Below, one piece after another: positions 51,174 to 63,087 of a stretch of 64,000 nt of DNA. The notes under the pieces were generated by a model. It did no database searches. It worked only from the letters and a program-made list of their open reading frames with translations, and was not told where the DNA came from. Location of the stretch: NCBI GenBank assembly GCA_963723415.1, contig CAVRQB010000005.1:117633-181632 (forward strand), read 5' to 3'. The translations under genes and the position numbers were made by a program. Each line of letters opens with the position of its first letter. Position 1 is the stretch's first letter. The DNA comes from an uncultured beta proteobacterium. GTDB lineage: Bacteria > Pseudomonadota > Gammaproteobacteria > Burkholderiales > Gallionellaceae.

Positions 51174-53252
51174 TCAACGCAGGCTCAATGCATCCTTGAT
51201 GATCTTGGGCGTGATAAAGACCAGCAGTTCGCTCTTGTCATCGATCACCGAGGTGCTCCTGAAAAGATAACCCAACACTGGGATATCCCCCAGCCAGGGC
51301 ACTTGGTTGACGCCGCTGCTTTGCTGCCGGATATACACGCCGCCGATCACCACCGTGCCGCCGTTATCCACCAGCACCTGCGTGGTTACTGTGTTGTTAT
51401 TGATGCTGGGTACGCCCGCATACAACGTGCCGACCGAGTCCTTGTTCACCTTGATGTCCATGATGATATTGTCATCGGGAGTGATCTGCGGCTTGACTGA
51501 CAGACTCAAGTCCGCGTCCACGAACGATATGCTGGTTGCCCCGCTGCTGGTGGCCGCCTGATAGGGAATCTGCGTGCCGGTCGCGATCTTGGCTTCAGTC
51601 TGGTCGGCCGTCACGACACGAGGGCTGGATATGACCTTGCCCTTGCTGTCGGTCTCCAATGCAGTAAGTTCCACCGATAATAGTTTGCTCACCGATTGGT
51701 TGAATAACAGCATCGAGAATGTGCCGGCGGTACCCGCAGAGGGCAGGTTGACGTTGGGTGTGGCGGCAGGCATCGTGACACCCGCCAATGGTCCGCTAGT
51801 GACCGAATTCGCGCCGACGTTGCCGTAGAGGTTGGTGCCGTTTACCTGGAAGGCATCGTTCGAGACATAGCCCAGCCTGACGCCCAGATCCTTCTCGAAA
51901 TTATCCGTCGCCTCCACCACGCGCGCCTCGATCATCACCTGGCGCACAGGCACGTCGACCTGCTTGATCAATTTGCGCGCCGCATCCAGATAAAAGGAGG
52001 TATCCTGGACAAACACCGTGTTGGTGCGCTTGTCCACGACCGCGCTGCCGCGCTTGGAAAGCATGCGCTGCTTGTCATTGGTCAACAGCGCAACGATCGC
52101 ATCGGCTTTTTGGTAGCTGATCGGGAAACTCTCGGTGCGCAGCTCTTCAAGGTCGGCTATTTCCTGATGCGAGGTCAAGTCGATCTTTTCCTTGGCTGCG
52201 ATCTCTTCGCGCGGCGCAACCTGGATCACGTTGCCGTTCTTGCGCGAATCCAAGCCGCGGCTTTGCATGATGATATCGAACGCCTGATCCCACGGCACAT
52301 CTTTCAAGCGCAGCGTAATGTCGCCCTTTACCGTGTCGCTAATGACGATGTTCATCCCGGTGAAATCGGCTATCACGTTCAATGCCTCGCGCACATCAAT
52401 CTTCTGGAAATTCAGCGTCAGCTTTTCGCCGGTGTAGCCGGGTTTTTTATCCTTGGCCTCCTTATCCTGGACGATCGGCTTCACTTCGACGATGAATTTG
52501 TTGTCCGTCTGATAGGCGGCGTATTCCCACTGCCCATGCGGTTCGATCTCCATGCGCACATTGTCGCCTTGCACAAAGGTATCCACATCCTGAACCGGCG
52601 TGGCGAAATCGCCCACATCAAGCTTGCGCTGCAAATTGTGCGGCATGCTGGTCTTGAGGAAATCCACTATCAGCAGGGTGCCTTGCTGCTTTATATCGAT
52701 TCCGACGCCGGGATCGGATAATTCAACCTGAACACGCCCCTCGCCATTCAAGCCCCGATGGAAGTCGATGTCACGCAGCTCGAATTTCTGCACGCCCAGT
52801 CTTGGCTCGGCAAAGCGGGAAGTTGCGGCCAAGTTTTCTGCGGGCCTGTCGTGCAAGACAATCATCAGGGTGTTGCCGTCGATCTTGGTGTCATAGGCCA
52901 ATATCTGATTAAGGTTGACCACCACACGGGTGCGATTGCCGGCCTGAACGACATTGGCGCTGCGCAGTTCCCCTTCATTGAATTCCTGGCTGGATTTACC
53001 CAGGCCGTTTGTCGTATTGGGGAAATCGAACGCGAGGCGCGGAGGAGCATTGACGGCAAACCCGTTCGGAAGACTTTCCAGCGGTTGTTCGAACTGAACC
53101 TTGAGGACTGTCACTCCATTGCCTGAACTGACGCTCAGCGCGGTGATATTGTTCTGCGTATCAGCCTGTGCCTGGCTGCCGAAAAGGCCGAGCAGGATAA
53201 ACATCCCCAACCACCGAACCGATCTACCTACCATGATATTAAGATGTCTCAT
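51174..53252 (-). CDS. pilQ: Type IV pilus secretin
   Basis: The C-terminus has the secretin signature ..VVIGGVYIRQQSSGVNQVPWLGDIPVLGYLFR... It follows pilP. Confidence 0.9.
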   Translation of the reverse strand: MRHLNIMVGRSVRWLGMFILLGLFGSQAQADTQNNITALSVSSGNGVTVLKVQFEQPLESLPNGFAVNAPPRLAFDFPNTTNGLGKSSQEFNEGELRSANVVQAGNRTRVVVNLNQILAYDTKIDGNTLMIVLHDRPAENLAATSRFAEPRLGVQKFELRDIDFHRGLNGEGRVQVELSDPGVGIDIKQQGTLLIVDFLKTSMPHNLQRKLDVGDFATPVQDVDTFVQGDNVRMEIEPHGQWEYAAYQTDNKFIVEVKPIVQDKEAKDKKPGYTGEKLTLNFQKIDVREALNVIADFTGMNIVISDTVKGDITLRLKDVPWDQAFDIIMQSRGLDSRKNGNVIQVAPREEIAAKEKIDLTSHQEIADLEELRTESFPISYQKADAIVALLTNDKQRMLSKRGSAVVDKRTNTVFVQDTSFYLDAARKLIKQVDVPVRQVMIEARVVEATDNFEKDLGVRLGYVSNDAFQVNGTNLYGNVGANSVTSGPLAGVTMPAATPNVNLPSAGTAGTFSMLLFNQSVSKLLSVELTALETDSKGKVISSPRVVTADQTEAKIATGTQIPYQAATSSGATSISFVDADLSLSVKPQITPDDNIIMDIKVNKDSVGTLYAGVPSINNNTVTTQVLVDNGGTVVIGGVYIRQQSSGVNQVPWLGDIPVLGYLFRSTSVIDDKSELLVFITPKIIKDALSLR

Positions 53253-53265
53253 TGTGTACTCCTGA

Positions 53266-53775
53266 TCATTGTATTAATTGCAGGCTACTATCGCGTTCGG
53301 ACCAGTCTCCGCTGCTGTCTTGCACCAGTTCTTTGATGATCACCGACGTCTCGGTCACTTCCTTGATCAGGCCAAAATTCAAACCGAGGTGGTTGCCGGC
53401 CTTGACCCGGTAAAGCTTGTTATCCGTAGCGCGTATGATCGCCCAGCCCACATTGTTCTGGTACAGATAGCCGACCATTTTGAGGCTCTCAAGAGGAAAT
53501 TCTTCCAGGGCCTCTTTGGGCCGGTCCAGATCCGGCTGATTTATTCCTCCTCCGCCACCGCCGCGCAAATCCTGCTTGCGCGGCTTGAACGGGTTGGGCA
53601 GATTCTTCTCGTTGTTGTACGCAAAGTACTCATAGGGTTTGACCTCGGGCGGAGGTTCGATCTTGCCGCGCATATCCGCACCCGAATTTTTCACGAAATC
53701 GCGCAGGTCCTGATACTCTTCGCCGCCGCATCCCGCCAGCATTAGAGCAGCGAGCACAAGATAGATGAGTCTCAT
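53266..53775 (-). CDS. pilP: Type IV pilus lipoprotein PilP
   Basis: It has a lipobox MLAGC and sits between pilO and pilQ. Confidence 0.8.
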   Translation of the reverse strand: MRLIYLVLAALMLAGCGGEEYQDLRDFVKNSGADMRGKIEPPPEVKPYEYFAYNNEKNLPNPFKPRKQDLRGGGGGGINQPDLDRPKEALEEFPLESLKMVGYLYQNNVGWAIIRATDNKLYRVKAGNHLGLNFGLIKEVTETSVIIKELVQDSSGDWSERDSSLQLIQ

Positions 53776-54392
53776 TTCTTGGCTCCCGCCGGTTTCTTCT
53801 GTGCGGCCATTTCGCTTTCGTCCAGATAGCGGAAGGTCTTCGCTGTTGCCTCCATGGTAAGCAAACCCGCACTGCCCAGAGGGGCTATCGATATATCGTT
53901 CAGCGTCACGATGCGCGGCAGCATCGCGATGTCACTGGAGAATTTGCCTATGTCATCATAATTCCCGGTCACCTTGATCGTGATCGGCTGCACTGCAAAA
54001 GATCCGTTCACCGATTCATTGCCGGGCCTGAAAAGTTCGAATTGAAGCCCGCGCCCCAAACCCGCCTGATTGATATCGGTCAACAATGCATCCATTTCTG
54101 ACTTGTTCGGCAACTGCTTGAGCAATGCCCCAAAGGATTCCTGAGTTTCGGTAAGCTGCTTTTTGATCAGGTCAAGATTGATCGCTTGCCGCTTCTTGGC
54201 CAGGAAATCCTCCTTCAGCTGTGCTTCTTCCGCCCTGCTTTTGTTCAAATCGTCCCATTGACCCTGCCAGACCAACGTTGCACCCGCCACGACCACGCAG
54301 ATGAACATCGCGACAAAGGCGATTATCTTTGCCGGCCAGGGCCAGGCTCCGGGCTTTTTGGGATTTAGATTTTTCAGATCAGCTAATTTCAT
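53772..54392 (-). CDS. pilO: Type IV pilus assembly protein PilO
   Basis: Called from its position and N-terminal pattern MKLADLKNLNPKKPGAWPWPAKII. Confidence 0.8.
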   Translation of the reverse strand: MKLADLKNLNPKKPGAWPWPAKIIAFVAMFICVVVAGATLVWQGQWDDLNKSRAEEAQLKEDFLAKKRQAINLDLIKKQLTETQESFGALLKQLPNKSEMDALLTDINQAGLGRGLQFELFRPGNESVNGSFAVQPITIKVTGNYDDIGKFSSDIAMLPRIVTLNDISIAPLGSAGLLTMEATAKTFRYLDESEMAAQKKPAGAKK

Positions 54393-54400
54393 CTGGGCCC

Positions 54401-55009
54401 CTAATTCTGTGCGCCGGCCGCTTTGCCTTGCGGTTTCGCCGGCGGCGCGCTGGCCGTGGCCGCCGCCTGCGGCTTGGTCAAATTGAAATTCAGTGTGAAC
54501 TGGCTCACCCGGGCTGCACCGGTGCCTGTAGCGTGGATTTCAACCAAAGAAGGGGAATCCAGCCAGGGCGAATCCTCTATCGCCCTCATCAAAGTCGACA
54601 CCCGGGCATTTGACTGGGCATAGCCGACCAGGTTGATCCTGTTACCTGTCTGTTTTAGCGAGTTGAGGTACACGCCATCCGGCAGGATGCGCAACATCTG
54701 ATCCAACAGGTGGACCACATCTGAGCGAGTACTTTGCAAAGTCTCTACAACATTCTTGCGCGCGAGCAATGATTGGGTCTGCTCGCGCAGCTTTTTGATC
54801 TCATCGATCTGCTTGTCCAGAATCGCTGTCTCTTGTTTCAGGTATGCGTTGCGCCTTTCCTGATAGGAAATCTGTGTGTCGATCGCGGCACTCACTATTC
54901 CCACCACCATCGCCCCGCACAACAGGGAGATCACGCTGAGTGCGATAAACTGGATTTGGCGGGCCTTGCGCCTTTCTGCACGATGCGGCAGCAGGTTTAT
55001 GCGTATCAT
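54401..55009 (-). CDS. pilN: Type IV pilus assembly protein PilN
   Basis: The start MIRINLLPHR at 55009 overlaps the pilM stop as ATGA. Confidence 0.8.
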   Translation of the reverse strand: MIRINLLPHRAERRKARQIQFIALSVISLLCGAMVVGIVSAAIDTQISYQERRNAYLKQETAILDKQIDEIKKLREQTQSLLARKNVVETLQSTRSDVVHLLDQMLRILPDGVYLNSLKQTGNRINLVGYAQSNARVSTLMRAIEDSPWLDSPSLVEIHATGTGAARVSQFTLNFNLTKPQAAATASAPPAKPQGKAAGAQN

Positions 55010-56106
55010 GATGGATCGAATCTCCGCATTGCCAATCCGCAAGCGATGATCAATGATGGCGCATCGACTTGCAATTGCCGCGGTTTGATACGGCTCGCCA
55101 AAGTCATCAGGGCGAACGGATTTGCCACCATGGTGCTGACCTGGGTTTTGGTGGCTACCGCATCATCCAGTCCGGGCAGCGCTGCACACCCGCCAGAAAG
55201 CACGATGTAATCGACCTCATGATATTGCGTGGAAGTGAAAAAGAACTGCAGGGCGCGGGCGATTTCCGTAACCACATTCTCCCGGAACGGTGACAGCACG
55301 TCGCTTTCATAATTGTCCGGCAATCCGCCATTGCGCTTGGCCGATTCTGCCTCTTCGGCGGTCAGGCCGAATACGCTCTGTATCTGCTGAGTCAACTGAT
55401 TCCCGCCGACTTGCTGATCCCTTGAATATACCGACTCGCCATTGCGCAACACATTGACGTTCATCACGCCTGCGCCTATATCTATCAGCGCCACGCATTT
55501 GTCCAGAGCGCCTTCCGGCAGCTGAAGACGAATCTGCTCAAAAGCCGTTTCCGCTGCATAGGGTTCGACATCCATCACCACGGTCTTCAGTCCGGCTGAC
55601 TGCGCCGCCGCAACACGATCCTCGACGTTCGCTTTGCGGGAGGCCGCCAACAACACTTCCAATTCCTCGGTGTTGCTTGGCGCCGGTCCGATCACCTGGA
55701 AATCAAGATTGACCTCATCCAGGGCGAACGGTATATACTGGTTAGCCTCAGACTCGACTTGATATTCCAGGTCTTCGTCGCTCAGGCCGGCAGGCAAAAG
55801 TATCTTCTTCGTGATCACCGCTGCCGCGGGCAATGCCATACCCACGTTCTTGATGCGAGTACCCATGCGCTTCCAAGCACGCTGTATGCATTCCGAGACA
55901 ACATCAAGATTATTGATGTTTCCGTCGGTAATCGCATCTTTGGGCAGCAATTCGATTGCATAGCGCTCAATGGTTAATGCGCCTTTCTTATTTGACTGAC
56001 TCAACTCGACCATCTTGATTGATGATGAGCTGATATCCACGCCTATCAGGGGTGGTGATCTTGCCCACAAAAAATCCAGCGGGATGTCAAAATTTACTTT
56101 CGCCAT
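55006..56106 (-). CDS. pilM: Type IV pilus assembly ATPase-like protein PilM
   Basis: It has the actin-like fold pattern (..IGVDISSSSIKMVEL.., ..IDIGAGVMNVNVL..). Confidence 0.9.
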   Translation of the reverse strand: MAKVNFDIPLDFLWARSPPLIGVDISSSSIKMVELSQSNKKGALTIERYAIELLPKDAITDGNINNLDVVSECIQRAWKRMGTRIKNVGMALPAAAVITKKILLPAGLSDEDLEYQVESEANQYIPFALDEVNLDFQVIGPAPSNTEELEVLLAASRKANVEDRVAAAQSAGLKTVVMDVEPYAAETAFEQIRLQLPEGALDKCVALIDIGAGVMNVNVLRNGESVYSRDQQVGGNQLTQQIQSVFGLTAEEAESAKRNGGLPDNYESDVLSPFRENVVTEIARALQFFFTSTQYHEVDYIVLSGGCAALPGLDDAVATKTQVSTMVANPFALMTLASRIKPRQLQVDAPSLIIACGLAMRRFDPS

Positions 56107-56257
56107 TGACTGGTTAGCACTCTATTTGTACAAAGTGGTTTAAATCCTAGCAATAACTATAAATTCTGTAAAGCTATTTTTGGGGGTTATTAAAATCCCC
56201 AGAGACGATATAATTTCGTACACAATACCATTGATATTTATTTCCGGACAACCGCAC

Positions 56258-58570
56258 ATGTTTCCCCGCCGCTGGTTTTACCCTGTTCTTGTTGCATTAT
56301 CCCTGCTTTTGCTTCCAGCGATATTGCTTGGCCTGGCTGCGATAGTGGCTTATCCGAACCTGCCTTCGCTGGAGGTGCTTACCGACTATCGCCCCAAAAT
56401 CCCTCTGCGCATTTACAGCGCTGAAGGCACACTGATCGGCGAATTCGGGGAGGAACGCCGTGCATTGATCCAAATCGCCGATGTACCGGAGGTCATGAAG
56501 CAGGCCATACTTGCCGCCGAAGACGACAGGTTCTATGAACATGGCGGCGTGGATTACATGGGGGTCTTGCGCGCGGCGCTGTCCAACTTTACGTCCGGCA
56601 CGGTAAAGCAGGGGGCCAGTACGATCACTATGCAAGTGGCACGAAATTTCTTCCTGACCAAGGAAAAGACCTATTCGCGCAAATTCAATGAGGTGTTGCT
56701 TACCTTCAAGATCGAACACAGCATGAGCAAAGATGAAATCCTGCAGCTTTACATCAACCAGATCTATCTGGGTCAACGTGCATATGGTTTTGCGGCCGCC
56801 TCGCAGGTGTATTTTGGCAAGCCCCTTAGTCAAGTCACTATAGCCGAAGCTGCCATGCTGGCCGGATTACCCAAAGCCCCTTCATCCTATAACCCGGTCG
56901 TCAATCCGAAGCGCGCCAAGCTGCGGCAACTCTACGTTCTGCGCCGCATGCGCGATCTGAATTATATAAACGATGAACAATTGCAGCAGGCTCAGCAACA
57001 GCCCATTGTCGCGTTGCGCGGCAATCAGGAATTCGCTGTCAAGGCAGACTATCTCGCGGAAATGGTCAGGCAATCAGTATTCGATAAATACCAGGACGAT
57101 GCCTATACACAAGGTTTCAAGGTCTACACCACCATCCGGCAAAACGATCAGACCGCGGCCTATCAGGCCGTTCGTACAGGGGTGCTCGATTATGATCGCC
57201 GGCACGGTTACCGCGGCCCGGAAGGCTTTATCGACATACACAACGATCCCGGCAACACCGAAGCGCTCGATGAAGCGCTGCAGGATGTTGATGACAGCGA
57301 TGATTTGATACCGGCCGTGGTTCTGGCAGCTTCACCCAAACTGATTCGTGCATATTGCAAGGGTGGAGAAACTGTGGAGATCAGCGGCGATGCTTTGGCT
57401 TTCGCTCAGCCCGCGCTGACAAAGAAACTCCCCCTGAACCAGCGTATCAATGTCGGCTCTTTGATCCGCGTGCAAAAGGACGAAAAGGGTGTCTGGCAGT
57501 TAAGCCAGCTCCCTCAGGTCGAAGCCGCCTTTGTTTCCGGCAATCCGCGTGACGGTGCCATCTACTCGCTGGTCGGCGGCTTCGATTTCGATCGAAACCA
57601 ATTCAACCATATCACACAGGCATGGCGACAGCCCGGATCAAGTTTCAAGCCCTTTGTTTATTCCGCCGCATTGGAAAAGGGTTTTACACCCGCGACGGTG
57701 ATCAATGATGCGCCGCTTGTCTTTGACGCAGAGCAGACCGGGAATGAGCCCTGGGAACCCAAGAACTATGATGGAAAATTTGAAGGGCCGATGCGCATGC
57801 GACAGGCTTTGATGAAATCAAAGAATCTGGTTTCGATCCGTATCCTTCAATCCATTACCCCGGAATATGCGCGCGACTACATCACCAAGTTCGGCTTCGA
57901 TCCGACCAAGTACCCGCCATACCTTACCATGGCCCTGGGTGCCGGATCGGTCACGCCCATGCAAATGCTGGCGGCCTATTCGGTATTCGCCAATGGCGGT
58001 TATTCAGTCCAACCGTACTTCATCAATCGTATCGAAGACGCACGCGGCACTGTCCTTTACAAAGCGACCCCTGATGTCGCCGGAAATGGCGCAAAGCAGA
58101 TCATCGATGTGCGTAACGCCTACACCATGGTCAGCATGATGCAAGATGTCGTGAAGCACGGCACGGGCATTCGTGCCATGCAGCTCGGCCGCGATGATCT
58201 GGCCGGCAAGACCGGCACCACGAATGATTCGATCGATGCATGGTTTTGCGGCTTCCAGCCGACCCTGGTTGGCATTGCATGGATGGGCTATGACCAACCG
58301 CGCAGCTTGGGCGATAGGGAAACCGGCGGGGGAGCAGCTTTGCCGATCTGGATGAGTTATATGGGTAAGGTGCTCAAGGATGTGCCGGAAGCCACATACA
58401 ACATGCCGCCGAATATGGTTGCCGTACATATCAATGACGAAGGATATCGCGATGACAACAGCCCCCTGATCGAATATTTTTACCAGGAAAACGTTCCTCC
58501 CGAGCGTCCCACGCCATCACCCAATGAAGAAGTAAAGCCTGCGGACACCATCAAGGATCAGTTGCTCTGA
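56258..58570 (+). CDS. mrcA: Penicillin-binding protein 1A
   Basis: It has GT51 EDDRFYEHGGVD and the transpeptidase motifs SSFKP and KTGTT. It is divergent from pilM, as is usual. Confidence 0.9.
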   Translation: MFPRRWFYPVLVALSLLLLPAILLGLAAIVAYPNLPSLEVLTDYRPKIPLRIYSAEGTLIGEFGEERRALIQIADVPEVMKQAILAAEDDRFYEHGGVDYMGVLRAALSNFTSGTVKQGASTITMQVARNFFLTKEKTYSRKFNEVLLTFKIEHSMSKDEILQLYINQIYLGQRAYGFAAASQVYFGKPLSQVTIAEAAMLAGLPKAPSSYNPVVNPKRAKLRQLYVLRRMRDLNYINDEQLQQAQQQPIVALRGNQEFAVKADYLAEMVRQSVFDKYQDDAYTQGFKVYTTIRQNDQTAAYQAVRTGVLDYDRRHGYRGPEGFIDIHNDPGNTEALDEALQDVDDSDDLIPAVVLAASPKLIRAYCKGGETVEISGDALAFAQPALTKKLPLNQRINVGSLIRVQKDEKGVWQLSQLPQVEAAFVSGNPRDGAIYSLVGGFDFDRNQFNHITQAWRQPGSSFKPFVYSAALEKGFTPATVINDAPLVFDAEQTGNEPWEPKNYDGKFEGPMRMRQALMKSKNLVSIRILQSITPEYARDYITKFGFDPTKYPPYLTMALGAGSVTPMQMLAAYSVFANGGYSVQPYFINRIEDARGTVLYKATPDVAGNGAKQIIDVRNAYTMVSMMQDVVKHGTGIRAMQLGRDDLAGKTGTTNDSIDAWFCGFQPTLVGIAWMGYDQPRSLGDRETGGGAALPIWMSYMGKVLKDVPEATYNMPPNMVAVHINDEGYRDDNSPLIEYFYQENVPPERPTPSPNEEVKPADTIKDQLL

Positions 58571-58578
58571 CGATACGC

Positions 58579-59187
58579 ATGGCCAAAGAACGCACAACCA
58601 GAGATTATGCGAACAGGCGCGACCTGATGCGCGAACAACTGGCTCATCATGCCGCCAAGCTGATGGCCGAAGATGGCATCACTGACCATGCCTTTGCCAA
58701 GCGCAAGGCGGCCAGGCAGCTCGGTGCGGCGGACACGCAACATCTGCCCAGCAACCAGGAGGTGGATGACGCGCTGCACAGTTACCGGGCACTTTACCAA
58801 CAAGACAGTCATCCCGGCGTCCTGCGCCAATTGCGCGAGGAGGCGCTGCAAACCATGCGCCTTATGCAGGAGTTCCATCCCTATCTGACGGGTTCGGTTT
58901 TAAGCGGGACGGCAGGCAAACAGTCGGACATCAATCTGATGCTATTCAGCGACGACGCAAAAGCCGTGTTGCTTTTCCTGCTCAAATGCAGGCTTGATTT
59001 TGAAGATGGCGCATGGAAATTGCGCGTGGGCGGGCGTGAAGAGGCCGTGCCCAGCTTTACGCTGACCGGAGAATACGGCACACAGATACACATCATCGTG
59101 CTTCCCGAAAACGCCCGCTACAGCGGCAGCCGCAAGCCTGAGACCCATGCAGATATCGAGGCAGTAGCCAAGATGATAGAGGGGTGA
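58579..59187 (+). CDS. Conserved hypothetical protein with a nucleotidyltransferase-fold-like motif
   Basis: TGSVLSGTAGKQSDINLMLF resembles the hG[GS]x9-13Dh[DE]h motif, but the second acidic residue is Asn. The gene starts 8 nt after mrcA. Confidence 0.45.
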   Translation: MAKERTTRDYANRRDLMREQLAHHAAKLMAEDGITDHAFAKRKAARQLGAADTQHLPSNQEVDDALHSYRALYQQDSHPGVLRQLREEALQTMRLMQEFHPYLTGSVLSGTAGKQSDINLMLFSDDAKAVLLFLLKCRLDFEDGAWKLRVGGREEAVPSFTLTGEYGTQIHIIVLPENARYSGSRKPETHADIEAVAKMIEG

Positions 59188-59249
59188 GGAAAGCAGGGCT
59201 GAGGACAGAGTGAACAACAACGCGCCGGGTCTTCCTCAGTCCCAAGTCC

Positions 59250-60290
<1,041 letters not shown>

Positions 60291-60391
60291 TTAAGAAATT
60301 GCTTATCTGATGGTGTGAATGATGCGAATCATTCCACGTTTCTCCTCCCTGAGCGTGCGTCTTGACTCTATGTTGAGACTTTGCCCCTGGC

Positions 60392-61036
60392 CTACCTCCC
60401 CTTGGCTGGGGGCATTTTTTTGCCTGCCCTGTCTTCAAACCAAGCCGCCATGACCGCTTCGGCCTCGTCCACACCCGTTTTCTTCAAGCTGGAAAACAAT
60501 TGTACTGAACACTGCGGGAAATGCTCGGCAAGGTGCGATTTTACACGAGTCAACGTCAATGTTGCCTGTTGCCTGCTGAGCTTGTCGGACTTGGTGAGCA
60601 GGATATGCACCGGCTTGCCGGTAGGCGCGAACCAGTCCAGCAAGTTTTCGTCCAGTTCGGTCAACGGGTGCCGCGCATCCATGATAACCACCAGGCCTAT
60701 CAGCTCACCGCGCGTTTGAAGATACTCGCTGAGCAATGCTTCCCAATGGCGTTTGCTTTCAGGCGGGACTTTGGCGTAGCCGTAACCGGGCAAATCCACC
60801 AGAAAATTATTGTTGCCCCCCTCATTGTTCCCCAGGGAAAAATAATTCAGGTGCTGGGTGCGCCCCGGCGTCTTGCTGGTGTATGCCAGACGCACATGAT
60901 TCGCCAGCGTATTGATCGCACTCGATTTCCCCGCATTGGAACGCCCGACGAACGCCACCTCCCTGCCGCCATGCTGCGGCAGATCCTTGATGTGGTTTAC
61001 CGTGGTATAGAACGCCGCCTGTGAAAACAGCCCCAT
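60392..61036 (-). CDS. engB: Ribosome-biogenesis GTPase EngB/YihA
   Basis: It contains [26 protein letters not shown] and TKSDK. Confidence 0.85.
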   Translation of the reverse strand: MGLFSQAAFYTTVNHIKDLPQHGGREVAFVGRSNAGKSSAINTLANHVRLAYTSKTPGRTQHLNYFSLGNNEGGNNNFLVDLPGYGYAKVPPESKRHWEALLSEYLQTRGELIGLVVIMDARHPLTELDENLLDWFAPTGKPVHILLTKSDKLSRQQATLTLTRVKSHLAEHFPQCSVQLFSSLKKTGVDEAEAVMAAWFEDRAGKKMPPAKGR

Positions 61037-62319
61037 TACTTCCAGGCCGCAAAAATCTTGTCCGCAGCCGCTATCGTCGCGGCGATATCCGCCTCGGTGT
61101 GTGCCGCGGAAACAAAGCCCGCCTCGAATGCCGAAGGCGCGAGATAAACGCCCTCGTCCAGCATCGCGTGGAAGAAACGGTTGAAGGCGGCCTTGTCGCT
61201 GGCCATGACCTCGGCATATGACGTCGGCACCGTGCTGCTGAAATAGATTCCGAACATGCTACCTATCGATTGCGCGCTGAACGGGATGTCGTGCTTTTTC
61301 GCGCTGGCCGCAAGACCTTCTGTCATCTGTTTGGCCAATCTGGAAAGGTTTTCGTAAAACCCATTTGCCTGGATTAGCTTGAGCGTGGCCATCCCTGCGG
61401 CCACCGCCACCGGATTGCCGGACAGCGTACCGGCCTGATACACCGGACCCAATGGAGCGAGGCACTGCATGATGTCGCGCCTTCCGCCGAAGGCCGCGGC
61501 GGGCAGGCCCCCGCCCATCACCTTGCCGAGCGTGATCAGATCCGGTTTGATGCCATAGCGGCCATGCGCGCCTTGCAAGCCGACGCGAAAACCGGACATC
61601 ACCTCGTCAAGAATCAGTACTGCGCCATGCTTGGTGCACAGGTTGCGCATCGCATCGAGGAACTCGTGCTTGGGCAGGATTAGATTCATGTTGCCGGCCA
61701 CCGGCTCGACGATCACCGCGGCGATCTCGTTGCCCATCCCCGAGAATGTCTTCTCCAGCCCGGCAACATCATTGTAGTCCAGCACTGTGGTCAGCGCAGC
61801 GATCTCGGCAGGCACGCCCAAGGAACTCGGCTGGCCGAACGTCAGTGCGCCGGAACCGGCCTTGACCAGCAGGCCATCGGAGTGGCCGTGATAACAGCCC
61901 TCGAACTTGATGATGCGCGAGCGCCCGGTGAAACCGCGCGCCAACCTGATTGCGGTCATCGTCGCCTCAGTGCCCGAGCTGACCAGGCGCACCATTTCCA
62001 GGCTGGGCAATATCCTGCACAGCAACTCGGCGATCTCCAGCTCGGCGGCAGTAGGCGCGCCGAAACCCAGGCCTTCCGCTGCCGCGGCTTGCACAGCCTT
62101 TACCACCTCGGGATGACAGTGCCCGACGATCATCGGCCCCCATGAGTTGACATAATCGATGTAGCGCTTGTCGTCCGCATCCCACACATATGCGCCCTTG
62201 CCGCGCTTGAAGAACAGCGGCGTGCCGCCCACCGACTTGAATGCGCGCACCGGCGAATTCACCCCGCCCGGAATGATCTTTTGGGATTGTTCGAATAGCT
62301 GCTCATTGCGCGAAGTCAT
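61036..62319 (-). CDS. hemL: Glutamate-1-semialdehyde 2,1-aminomutase
   Basis: It has [23 protein letters not shown].. and the PLP-Lys region ..[14 protein letters not shown].. Confidence 0.9.
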   Translation of the reverse strand: MTSRNEQLFEQSQKIIPGGVNSPVRAFKSVGGTPLFFKRGKGAYVWDADDKRYIDYVNSWGPMIVGHCHPEVVKAVQAAAAEGLGFGAPTAAELEIAELLCRILPSLEMVRLVSSGTEATMTAIRLARGFTGRSRIIKFEGCYHGHSDGLLVKAGSGALTFGQPSSLGVPAEIAALTTVLDYNDVAGLEKTFSGMGNEIAAVIVEPVAGNMNLILPKHEFLDAMRNLCTKHGAVLILDEVMSGFRVGLQGAHGRYGIKPDLITLGKVMGGGLPAAAFGGRRDIMQCLAPLGPVYQAGTLSGNPVAVAAGMATLKLIQANGFYENLSRLAKQMTEGLAASAKKHDIPFSAQSIGSMFGIYFSSTVPTSYAEVMASDKAAFNRFFHAMLDEGVYLAPSAFEAGFVSAAHTEADIAATIAAADKIFAAWK

Positions 62320-62344
62320 GATGTTTCTTTCTATCGTAGTGATT

Positions 62345-62995
62345 TTAGGAATAATTCAATTTTGCAAACTGTCGTGCTGCATCCCGGATATCCGCGGCGC
62401 CAAAAACCGCCGAAATCACCGCCAGCGCATCGGCGCCCGCTTCCAGCAACTGTGAGCCGTTGCCCGCCGTGATGCCGCCTATCGCCACCAGCGGAACCGC
62501 GACCTCGCGGCGCGCCTGCCGCAATAATTCAGGCGAGGCTGCCACTGCATCAGGTTTTACCGCCGAGGCAAAGAAGCTGCCGAACGCGACATAATCCGCG
62601 CCTTGGCGGACAGCTTCAAGCGCCAATTCCTTGCGATTATAGCAAGATACGCCTACGAGTCTGGCGCTGCCCAGCAACGCGCGCGCCGCTGCCACACCGC
62701 CATCTTCGCCGCCCAGATGCACGCCGTCCGCACCTACACGTTGGGCCAGCATCGTGTCGTCGTTGATGATCAGCGGCACCGAAAATTCATGCGTCAATTC
62801 GCGCAGTGCCGCGGCTTGTTCCAGACGCAAAGCCATATCCGCGGCTTTGTTGCGGTACTGCAAGACCCGAGCACCGCCCTGCAAAGCCAGGCGCACTTTG
62901 CGCAGCAACTCCGCTGTGTCTGGTTCGTCCGGCGTGATTGCGTACAAGCCGCTAACTGCTTGTTGAGCAACGAGCCCAGATTTGATCTCTATCAC
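62345..62995 (-). CDS. thiE: Thiamine-phosphate synthase (GTG start)
   Basis: It contains LYAITPD, LQYRNK and IAIGGI. Confidence 0.85.
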   Translation of the reverse strand: MIEIKSGLVAQQAVSGLYAITPDEPDTAELLRKVRLALQGGARVLQYRNKAADMALRLEQAAALRELTHEFSVPLIINDDTMLAQRVGADGVHLGGEDGGVAAARALLGSARLVGVSCYNRKELALEAVRQGADYVAFGSFFASAVKPDAVAASPELLRQARREVAVPLVAIGGITAGNGSQLLEAGADALAVISAVFGAADIRDAARQFAKLNYS

Positions 62996-62999
62996 CCGT

Positions 63000-63040
63000 C
63001 ACCCTCTCCTCAATCCTCCCCTGCCAGCGGGGGAGGAAGC
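63000..63040. repeat. REP-like GC-rich hairpin element between thiD and thiE
   Basis: The sequence is caccctctcctcaatcctcccctgccagcgggggaggaagc, with stem CCTCCCC/GGGGAGG. It is close to the copy inside gltB. Confidence 0.8.
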
Positions 63041-63087
63041 AATAATCCGCCCCAATCAAATCGGCGCGGGATCATCTGATCCGTCCC

